DNA from: Octopus bimaculoides
Lineage: Eukaryota
DNA length: 51,727 nucleotides
Reading direction: 5' to 3'
NCBI RefSeq assembly: GCF_001194135.2
Contig: NC_068983.1
Location: 69,982,090 to 70,033,816 of the forward strand
Under the pieces are notes generated by a model, which saw only the letters and a program-made list of their open reading frames with translations, was not told where the DNA came from and did not search any database. Both the position numbers and the translations under genes were made by a program. The number at the start of each line of letters is the position of its first letter. Position 1 is the stretch's first letter. Positions 1 through 9,930 of this stretch are shown here, piece after piece.

Positions 1-55
1 ATGTGTACATATATATGTGTGTGTGTGTGTATGTATATATATATGTATATATATG

Positions 56-92
<37 letters not shown>

Positions 93-117
93 GTATGTAT
101 ATATGTATATATATATG

Positions 118-167
<50 letters not shown>

Positions 168-188
168 CGTGTATATGTATATATGTAA

Positions 189-224
<36 letters not shown>

Positions 225-228
225 ATAA
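1..228. repeat. Compound (TA)n/(TATG)n/(TG)n microsatellite
   Basis: Directly visible; source of the YI/CV-rich ORFs at 1-228. Confidence 0.98.
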
Positions 229-264
229 GTATGTATTGTTATTTTGTCCCATACTTGTCTTGTT

Positions 265-1840
265 GTTTGTTTATGTGCCACCGGAAAGTGGGGCCAGTCA
301 AGTGGCACTGGCAATGACCATACTTGAATTTTTATGTATCACTGGTACGGGACCAGTCAAGCAACACTGGTATGGGCCATGCTCATATGGTGCTTTTTAT
401 GTGTCACTGGCGCAGGAGCCAGTCTGGTGGGACTGGCATCCACCATGTTCGAATTGTGCCTTTTATGTGTCACTGGCATGGGGGCCAGTCAGGCGGCACT
501 GGCATTGACCACGCTTGAATGGTGCTTTTTACGTGCCACTGGCATGGGTGCCAGTCAGGTGGTACTGGCATTGGCCACGACAATGATTTCACTTGACTCA
601 ACAGCTCTTCTCAAGCACAGCATATTGCCCAATGATTGAAGAGTGTTCTTAAATGGCCTGGTTATGCAACACTAGCATATGCCACGGCTATGGTTTCAGT
701 TGGCTTGCTGGGTCCTCCCAAGCATAGCATATCTTCAAAGGTCTCGCTCGTTTGTTATTGCCTCTGTGAGGCCCAACGTTTGAAGGTTGTGCTTCACCAC
801 CTCATCCTATGACCTCCTGGGTCTACCTCTTCCACAGGTTCCCTCTACTGTTAGGGTATGTTTCATTTTTTGCGTGATTGACTCTAAGGGCCTATGATTC
901 TTGATCTTGCTTCCACACCTGAAGCTTCTCCTCTAGTTCTGATAGTGACTCAGCTATTAGTGCAAGGTCATCAGCATAGAGGAGCCCCCAGGAACATTCT
1001 GTCTTGAATCTCTCTGTTATTGCCTGAAGGACTATGATGAATAAGAAGGCACTAAGGACCGATCCTTGGTGGACTCCTACCCAGAATTCTTCACTATACT
1101 CATTGCCAACTCTCACCTTACTGACGACATCTCAGTTCATGGCTTGTACAGCTTTCACTAACCACTCATCTATCCCTAATTTCCACATTGACCACCAGAT
1201 AAGGGATCAGGGGACCCTATAAAAGGCTTTCTCCTAGTCCATGAAAGCCAAGTACAGAGGTTTATCTTTGGCTTGGTATTTCTCCTGCAGCTGTCTTACT
1301 AGAACCCAGACTGCATCTCATCTAAACTAACTCTCCTTAATTAGTTTGGCTATGACCCTCTCCATAACTTTCACCTCATGTTATGTTTTCCTGGGTGTAC
1401 CTCTTCCACAGTTTCACTTCTTCCATGCATCGTATGACCAGACCAGCACAGTCGTCTCCCTTGCACACCACATCTGATGCTTCTTATGTCCAACTTTTTT
1501 CTCGGGATGCTTAAACTCTGTCGTGCATGCACACTGACATTACACATCCAGCGGAGCATACTAGCTTCATTTCTTACAAGCTTACCCATGTCCTCAGCAG
1601 TCACAGCCCATGTTTCACTGCCTTGTAGCATGGCAGTTTGCTCACAGGCATCATACAGTCTGCCTTTTACTCTGAGCAAGAAGCTCTTTGTTACCAGCAG
1701 AGGTAGGAACTCTCTGAACTTTGCCCAGCTTATTCTTATTCTAGCAGCTACGCTCTCAGAGCATCCACCCCTGCTACTAACTTGGTCGCCTAGGTAACAA
1801 AAGCTATTGACTACTTCTAGTTTTCCCTCTGGCATGTGAT
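265..1840 (-). mobile_element. Decayed, rearranged RTE-clade LINE (RT core, C-terminal region and 3' UTR)
   Basis: Minus strand 1375-864 reads KVMERVIAKL..LYLAFMD*EKAFYRVP..GVHQGSVLSAFLF..LLYADDLALIAES (RT motifs). 1840-1376 reads LEVVNSFCYLGDQVSSRGGCSES..GSETWAVTAEDM..LRWMCNV..RRLCWSGH. 863-265 matches the ORF end/3' UTR of the copy at 16696-17699. Stops and frameshifts present. Confidence 0.93.
269..580. repeat. Five tandem ~65-bp units (TTTTATGTGYCACTGGCA..GCCAGTCA..CACTGGCA) in the RTE 3' UTR
   Basis: Five consecutive diverged units read by eye. Confidence 0.85.
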
Positions 1841-2229
1841 GGAATATATATATATATATATCTTTTGAAGATCAAGCAAATAAAGTACCAATCAAATACT
1901 GGGGTTAATTTAATCAAATCTACCCTCCATGTGGTGTTTGGCCTTCTACCAATGCTAGAAATCAATATAAACAAAGAATTCTGAGCATAACGATTCTGAA
2001 ATCTGATGTGGAAAGTATTTATTCATGCTCAAAGCTGACTAACACTAAATAATTTACATTTTGTGTTTTACTGAGATTTCTTAGACACCAGTGTTCAATT
2101 CAGTTTGTTACTGATATTATTACTGATGAAAGGAAATGATAGAGATTTCAAAATATATTTTAGTGTCTAATGGTTAAACCTCTCTTTTTCTTTTTATGTT
2201 AAAATCATAAATTTAATGTTATCTATTTC

Positions 2230-2400
2230 ACAGGTGAGCCCTATTTGAACAAACCTGTTATCAAAGGTGTTCCTTCCTGTCTTAGCCCTCCTGTTGTTTT
2301 TATTTCAGACATAGTTTATCATAGGATAAATCAAATGTGTGCTTCCCAATTTTAAGATGGTAGGTAACAATTGGAGGGAAATTCAGTTGCTATTTCTTGC
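2230..2400 (+). mobile_element. Dispersed SINE-like repeat (CCCCAGGTCAGCT..ATCAAAGGCATTCCAG..CTATTTCTAGC family)
   Basis: Diverged copies also at about 10350-10500, 11860-12020 (-), 12810-12990, 13340-13500, 37650-37810, 39995-40200, 40980-41150 (-), 47620-47810 (-). Class not determined. Confidence 0.7.
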
Positions 2401-3353
2401 TTATTGGCTCTTGTTAAATTGTATTTGTTAGTCTGTCCATAGATTATACATTACTGTCTATTCATCATCATCATCATCATCATCATCAGTAGCAGCAGCA
2501 GCAGCACTGTTGATATCAATATGTCTGTCTCATAACTATTGCTTATTGTTATGCTATCTAAATTTCATTTTGTTAGTTTGTGTTTAATGTTAGTAGCTTC
2601 ACTATTTAATTTATAAACCAGGTCTGCCACTGAATAATAGAAATTATACAAACTAATATTATATATTTTACACCCCTACTTGAATGTTTATCAGTAGGTC
2701 AGACTTGTACATCTGACATAGACTATCAATGCATTTTACAGATTCCACACTTAACCTTCTTTGCAATGGTTCTACTAGTTGTTATTCTAAGCCATATTCT
2801 TGTTATCAGTCCAAAAAAATAGGTCATTTAGGATTTCATTTCCAAATTGTATCCACTTCTAACTTAAACTAATTTGTTCCAAACTTAATGTCTAGCTCGC
2901 TTTCATTCCCAACTCTTTTTTATTTTTATCCTTTAAACATAATACTCCTTACAGGAAGCATACAAACTTGAAACTCAAATCTTTCATGTTTTATTCATAC
3001 TGACATTTAATTACTTAATGTGACTAATATATATAACGACAGACTTCAAGTAAATTGCATTTATTCACAGATATGATATAGTAGTCCAATAGAGGAAAAG
3101 TTTATGGCTTAGCAGTTCAGTTGTGAATTTGGAACATTTGATAATGACAACATAATTTCATTAGCTTCTACTGTTATTATGCACTAATTTAGAAGTTAGG
3201 CATTAAAATATCATGACAACAGCAAAGTCACTAAGATGTTAATTTCCCAATATCTTATTTATATCGTGTTTCTTTTTTGTTTGTTTAATAGTCCTTTTCA
3301 GCTACTCAAAATATTCAGTGATTTCATGAAACTAAAATCTTGTAATTATTTAA

Positions 3354-3970
3354 CCCTTTACATTCAGATGAGTTTGTCAAATTCAATGCTTATTTATTCA
3401 CATCGTTTTGAATCATTTATGCAATAGTCTGTAACTTCGAGATTTTAATGATGTGATTGTTTAAATTTAAAGTAACATTGTAGGGTAAGGTATGAAAGAC
3501 CTGATCTGGCTGGTTTGAACATAAAACAAGTAGAATATTTTGGCTGAATGTTGTTGGCACTCTGTCGCTTACGACGTCAAGGGTTCCAGTTGATCCGATC
3601 AACGGAACAGCCTGCTCGTGAAATTAACGTGCAAGTGGCTGAACACTCCACAGACACATGTACTCTTAATGTAATTCTTGGGGATATTCAGCGTGACACA
3701 GTGTGACAAGGCTGACCCTTTGAATTACAGGCACAACAGAAACAGGAAGAAATAGTGAGAGAAAGTTGTGGTGAAAGAGTACAGCAGGGTTCGCCACCAT
3801 CCCCTGCCAGAGCCTCATGGAGCTTTTAGGTGTTTTTGCTCAATAAACACTCACAACGCTCGGTCTGGGAATCGAAACCGCGATCCTATGACCGCGAGTC
3901 CGCTGCTCTAACCACTGGGCCATTGCGCCTCCACTTTTGGCTGAATATGGCTGGTTTAAATGCTAAAGGG
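3354..3970 (+). mobile_element. piggyBac-type MITE (TTAA target, CCCTTT..AAAGGG termini), interrupted by a SINE
   Basis: TTAA|CCCTTTACATT at 3350 and AATGCTAAAGGG|TTAA at 3971-3974; related copy at 39213-39708 in the opposite orientation. Confidence 0.8.
3550..3934 (-). mobile_element. Young tRNA-derived SINE, family A (~385 bp)
   Basis: Minus strand has A box (TGGCCCAGTGG) and B box (GGTTTCGATTCCC), an (AAC)n tail, and a perfect 12-bp TSD TTTTGGCTGAAT at 3538-3549 and 3935-3946. Close copies at 29792-30143 and 37141-37531. Confidence 0.92.
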
Positions 3971-4494
3971 TTAAATATTCATCTAAAATCTCTTTCATCA
4001 TGTAAACATTAAGTTCATCTCGGAGAATTCTTGTTTGGTTTACAAAGATGAAAATTCAACATGAATTAGCATGTCTATTGACCCTATAAAACCATTGTTC
4101 TGAATTTATTGCAATAAATAATATAAGTCTGTTGGCTACATACATTTTGATTCCTTGACAATCAAAGCTCATGATTATGTAGATCATATAAAAATGTTAA
4201 ATATATTCTATCAATGCACAGAAGGAAAATAATGAAAAAAATTCACCAAACAAAATACATTATTAAACGATATTTTTACCCTTATATAATTGATTATTTA
4301 TACCTGTACTAATTAATTAAACCTGTACATCTGAAACTTTATTTGGTAGTTTGGCGAGAAGTCAATGTTAAAAGATCTGTTGGATTGCATTGAATTATTG
4401 ACAGGCGACTGCTTACAGTGTACAGTGTTGTAATTTATTGGTTCATAAGCATCACAAGTACATATACGTACACACACATATCTATATGAGTGTG

Positions 4495-4496
<2 letters not shown>

Positions 4497-4588
<92 letters not shown>
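4497..4588. repeat. (TG)n microsatellite
   Basis: Directly visible. Confidence 0.99.
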
Positions 4589-4593
<5 letters not shown>

Positions 4594-6569
4594 CTTTTCT
4601 CCATTGTGCATGGTTGATAAGAATAGAGCACTCAGAAACAACTCATTAATAGTGAACTGTTAAGTAGTATCTGTGAAAATTACAGGCTGTTTCTAGCTAT
4701 CTATTAATCATCACTCAAATACACAGTGGATGAGAAACATTTGGTAATTTATTGATAAGATTTTAGAATTGATTTGTTAAATAACTAAGTACATTAACTA
4801 ATGTTAATAAAGTAATACTACATTATCCAATCAATATATAATTAAGACTTTACTGAAGGTAAAATATATCCAACTATGAGTTTAGAAAAAAAAAATTATA
4901 AAAAGACCATTAAAACAACTGAAAATTTTTAATGGATGAATAAAGTATAACAGTGACCAAATTTGCGTACTTTGCGCTATTTAGTTTTATACTTAATAGT
5001 TGACTTTTTCTTTCATCACTCTTTGGTTGTTCTGTGGTAAGCCAATGTATATAGTTTTTAAATGATTTCTCTGTTTTAATTCCTTGCTGAAACTACTTCA
5101 CTAAAGCTAATCATTCCTTTAAAAATGAGTATAAACATCGTAAATACTCAATTTCACTTTTATCAATCAAATATCTAAAATTTCCATTTCTTCTGATTTT
5201 TTTTTCCTGTTTTTCAAGAATCTCATAAACTGCATTTCATTCATTTTCTTTTCTTTTTTTTTCAAATTTTAGAATCAATAAAACAACAGATGTATAGGCT
5301 ATAATTCATGTCAAGAGTTTTTATTTTTACTCTTTCATTTCACCTTAATTTTTGTATATCAGCCTGATATCAGGATGGGTTTCTGAAAACCAGACACTTG
5401 CATAAATTATTGGAAGAAATATCTCAGAACAGGATATTCCATATAATTCCAACCACTGAAGCGAAGACACAAATACTTTTCAGCTAGAAAGATTAAGTAG
5501 AATTCTATGATTGATTCAAAAATACGCAATACTATTAACAGCGAGGCTTAACCCTATCAAATTACACTATCTCTTATAGTTTATAGATATTTATCAGTGA
5601 AATTTTAAACAAGGAAGATTATAGTGTAGTGTTGCATATATTCATCATTTGTTAAACTAAATTTTCAGTTAAAATTCTTTTCCGAAAAAGAAATTTAAAA
5701 TATTTATTTTTATTAATTAATTGTTATGTAATATTCCATTATGGTATTATGGCTAAATTTTGATGCTAAAGGTTATGTATGTTCTTTGGATGTTTTAATG
5801 TCATAACTGGAATGGTTTCAATGAAAAATGAAAAACTATTTATAACATTTTCTCTATTTAATGAAAGCTGCTGGAAACAATAGGCATTGTTTTATAACAA
5901 ACATAATTTGTTTCTAGGACTGTTTTAAATGCAAATATGAGTTTGATGGATTAGTTTTCTTCCTAATGCAGATGATTCTATAAGACAGTAAGCCTGAAGC
6001 CAATGTTCTAGCTAGGAGAAATGTGTATTGTCCAAATACATAAATCAATGCCTGTGTCAGATTTAAACTCAGAAGTTGTGCATTTGGAACCCTAGCCATT
6101 CACTTCCTGCAAAGGGAGAGGAGATAATTAAATTGATAAGCCAAAATTCACTGGACACAGTCTGACTACAAATAATCATTGAAAGTGCAGTTGGTGAATG
6201 GTTCTATTTTGGATGCTGACAAAATAAATGTTTAGAATATGAGAGAAATGGTATGTAGTAGATGAAATATTTGATTAATTGATTGGTCTGGGGGTGTTAC
6301 GCCTCTTAGCAACAGCACGTTTCTCACTGTAAAAGGACTATTTAGTCATAGGAGCACCCACAGAAGGATGCTTGTGAATTACTCAGATGGTTCACTAGAT
6401 GTGTTTGTAAGAAATGTCTGGTAGCTGGAGTGAGGGAGTTTGTGGGCTGTTGTTTTTTGTGGTCAGGAGGTGCTTCTTTTTTCATATACATAAACAAAAT
6501 GTATGAAGCATGCATAAGATGTCTGAAGTCACATTATTTAGGAAATTTAGGAACTGATTGTGAAAGATT

Positions 6570-6920
6570 AGTAGAAGCTGGGGAGGAATGAGTTAGGAGT
6601 GATCCATTGGATGTGTAACGTTAAAGCATAGACCATTTGGAGCAAAAGAAAGCTGTGAGAGAGCAGCAGGGGATTAATTGCATCAACTGATATATGAAGG
6701 AGAGACAGCTATGTTTGTATAGACACCTGAAACAAATAGATGATGAATGTTGTGTGAAAATGTGTCATGTGCAGACAGTGGTAGGTTTCAATATTAGAAG
6801 ATCAGAGAAAACATGGAAAGAAGTTGTTACATCAAAAGCTCCTGTACTTCATTGTTGTTAAAAGACACTGATGAGTGATGATATGCTGTATTGCATACGC
6901 ATCCAATTGATGCTAGTGTT
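6570..6920 (+). mobile_element. Old RTE LINE 3' fragment
   Basis: Degenerate WMCNV, RQLCLYRHLKQIDDECCVKMCH and RSEKTWKEVV, matching the RTE C-terminus (RRLRWYGH..GRPRKTWDEVV). Confidence 0.7.
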
Positions 6921-8142
6921 GCAGAACAGATGCCAAAATGATGTTCATGATAGTAATGATAATTCCAAAATGACTGAAATGTACAAGAGTAGTGAGAATT
7001 CTGAATAGTTTTTGAGGATTATAATTTAAAGGTGGTCATGAGTTGCCATAAAGCTATTATATTGATTTTGCTTAGTATCTCTATTGAACTTTTGGAATTG
7101 TTCATACCACCTGACATGCAATAATTTATGCTGCAAAATTTTTATATTTGTGAAAATTGAATGACTATCAGTTACAACATGGTTAGTTTTATGCTCAGAA
7201 TTTTTGTGAAGTGGATATTTCAAAGCATCTGTATGTTTTGGGAGACTGTGTTCAGAAGGTTGCTTTCCAAGTTGCAAGACTGAGCAAAGATTTTATGAAA
7301 GGCCAACAGTTTCCCATGCATATACACTGGATTCAAACTAACTGGGTTTTCCTCATCCGTGTAGTATCAGCAGAATGTTTGTTTTACATCATCACTGAAA
7401 AGAACATCAGCTGTTCCATTATACATGCAAATGACAAAATTGTGTTCTACATCTACCACATGCCATATTAAGTCAGGATTTCCAGTTGCATTATAAAAGA
7501 ACTGAAAATTATTTCCATTGGCAGATTACATTGGCTGGAGCCAAACCTTAGATCCAAACATTGTATGGTACTTATTATATTTTGAAAACAATACTTAAGT
7601 TTTTAGGTCAAATATCATTGTTTATTAGTTTTGCTCTGGAAGAAAGAGTTGTACTAATAACCTTTCCAGGTTCTCCAGTGAGACTGGTACAATCAGTGTT
7701 TCTCTTATGCATTTACAAGTCAACAGCTACAGGAAAAACCCGAGAAATGAAAGAATTCCAGTGAAATGACAGCATTCAGGGAGGTGGTGAAGGATTGGGA
7801 ATTATGGTTAGTGCAGTGCCTGAATACAGTATGTTTGTTGAGAGGAGGACACACTCCTGAGGATAATAAGGAGTGCTTGAATAGACATGAAATTAGTCAG
7901 TTCTGAGGAGCAAGACACAGAGAGAAGCTTGCATGTTCATGAGTCAGACATTGTCCCACCAAGAAGGAATTTCAATATCTATAAGTACTGCCTCTTTAAA
8001 CAAGTAATCTTTAAAAATATCAGAGATTCTTTTTGCTCATTGGTCACTATCATTGAATTCAAAACCAAAACACACAGACTTTTTAGATACCTTTTATTTG
8101 GTTTCATTGTTACATCCCATAATACACAGATCAACTTTACTG

Positions 8143-8241
8143 CTACACCTTATGAAGTGCCAGGCAAAGTACTGGCATTTGCAAATAATCAGCTAAAAAC
8201 CCTCGAAAGCAGTATCTCAGCATGGCTACACAATCCAATGT
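8143..8241 (-). CDS. Candidate (possibly terminal) exon of an unidentified gene: TLDCVAMLRYCFRGFLADYLQMPVLCLALHKV*
   Basis: Strong acceptor (ttctttaatgtgttcttttacaaatttcag) and open phase-0 frame. Phase-compatible with the upstream candidate exon 8445-8420 across a 178-nt GT-AG intron. No homolog recognised. Confidence 0.35.
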   Translation of the reverse strand, partial: TLDCVAMLRYCFRGFLADYLQMPVLCLALHKV

Positions 8242-8419
8242 CTGAAATTTGTAAAAGAACACATTAAAGAATATAAACACAAAATTCATTTATACATTAG
8301 GTTGTTTCATATTTATTTATTTATTCCCGTAATATTTTGGTATTTTAGACTTTTAGTTAATAGATCTTTTTTTTCTTTTTTGATATTAGCCACTGGTTAT
8401 CTCTTTAAGATGCTGTTAC

Positions 8420-8445
8420 CTTGCCATAAATGGTAGCTCCAATAG
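8420..8445 (-). CDS. Candidate 26-nt exon (A)IGATIYGK
   Basis: catttatcccatag| acceptor and AAG|gtaaca donor; joins in frame to 8241. Short, so it could be chance. Confidence 0.3.
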
Positions 8446-8730
8446 CTATGGGATAAATGTGCCAAAGCTAGCTAACTGCAGCCGTAAGAGTAAAATCAAT
8501 AACCACTGTCTCCAAGTGGATTAGTTCAGCTCAATTATACAGATAATAGGGTATAATCCAACAAGCGGCCTTAGAGATTAAATAATGTTGCAACAATATC
8601 TCTGAATTGAAACTATTCATTGTACAAACAAGAAAAACAAATAATGCTCTACATTACATACACACACACATACATGTGTATGTGTTTGTGTGTATATACT
8701 TGCATACATTAATTCCTATATATATATATA

Positions 8731-8933
8731 TTACGGAGATGTACTTGCATAGCAAGTGACCTGATCTGAGATCGTGTGCTGAAACAAAAACAGTTGCAGC
8801 ATGGAAGGTGTTTATAAGCCATTTAAGAAACACACAAAAATGTTAGATTCACTTCAACATTTAAATTTAATTTGTCAAAATATTTTCGTCACTTTGAGAC
8901 CACGACCTGTTCACTGACAAAATTCCGTGCTGC
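8731..8933 (-). mobile_element. Penelope-like (pseudo-LTR type) repeat fragment embedded in a TA/CA microsatellite
   Basis: ~200-bp CpG-bearing segment between (TA)n tracts that carries a minimal hammerhead fold. PLE assignment is inferred from the known association of minimal hammerheads with Penelope pLTRs. Confidence 0.5.
8869..8924 (-). ncRNA. Minimal type-I hammerhead ribozyme-like motif with G3-C8 core
   Basis: Minus strand: AAUUUUGUCA (stem I) GUGAACA (core) G GUCGU-GGUCUCAAA-GUGAC (stem II) GAAA AUAUUU (palindromic AAUAUU stem III, UUU triplet) UGACAAAUU (stem I'). Confidence 0.6.
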
Positions 8934-9016
<83 letters not shown>

Positions 9017-9040
9017 TACATCCATACATATATACATACG

Positions 9041-9081
<41 letters not shown>

Positions 9082-9499
9082 ATATATATATCTTAGTTTT
9101 ATGGCCATTTTTTGTATGCTTACATGGGAATAAACACAGATCTCTGACACTATGTCTCACTACTTGTTGTGGTTCTTAGTCCCCATTGAATTAACCTATA
9201 TTAGTTATTTTCTAAATAAGATTCAATTGCTTTGTGATGCTGTGGACAAGAGATAAATCTCTCCTCTCTCCTAACCTATTAGCATGTTGTCTTTTTATGC
9301 AGAAGATATTACTCTCAATATTGCACGATATCAGTACTTTTGCCACCGTCCCACCTTACAACACTTGGCAAATTTCATCATTAAAAGCTAGGTGTTACAC
9401 AGTGGCAGTGTCAGGATACAGACCAGTGTTCCTTTTGCTGAATGGTTGGTTTTGGCTGGTTGGTTTATTGGTTTCCCCGGCTCTTATATTAATCCTTTC

Positions 9500-9930
9500 T
9501 ACTAAAGGCACAAGGTCTGAAATTTGTGTGGGAGGGGAGTAGTTGATTACATTGTTCTCAGTATTTCACTGATACTTAATTTATCAACACCAAATGCATG
9601 AAAGGCAAAGTTGACCTTGGTGGAATTTGTCAAATTCTTCACCTCTTATATTAATGGTATATATTTTGATAACTTGACAGAATTTGAACTCAGAATGTAA
9701 AGGATTAACACTAAACATTGCAAGGCATTTAGTTTAGAACCAACATTTCTGTTAACTCATTAATCCTTAGGATCTTAAAATTGGTTTCAAATTTTAGCAC
9801 AAGTTTGGCAATTTTCGGTTACATTGACCTCAGTGCTCCACTGGTACTTATTTTATCAACGCCAAAGAATGAAAGGCAAAGTTGACCTCAGTGGAATTTG
9901 AACTCGGAATGTAAAGACAGACGACTTAGG
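9500..9930 (-). mobile_element. Two tandem degenerate copies of the GAGCTGGCAG..GAGTTCAAATT SINE family
   Basis: AAAGGCAAAGTTGACC..GAATTTGAACTC occurs twice; same family as 15966, 32898-33760 and 41468. Confidence 0.75.

Noticed and set aside
1-228. ORFs rich in YI/CV/TH repeats (also 4435, 8872, 26189, 28398, 30699, 36463, 45197)
   Set aside because: They are read-throughs of microsatellites, which lack stop codons in some frames.
3850-3934. tRNA gene at the SINE heads
   Set aside because: Only A/B boxes are retained; it continues into a SINE body with tail and TSD.
7026-8267. ORFs 7026-7277, 7211-7471, 7561-7764, 7887-8267 as a processed pseudogene
   Set aside because: No consistent frame or strand, stop density over the whole block is near random, and no recognisable motif.
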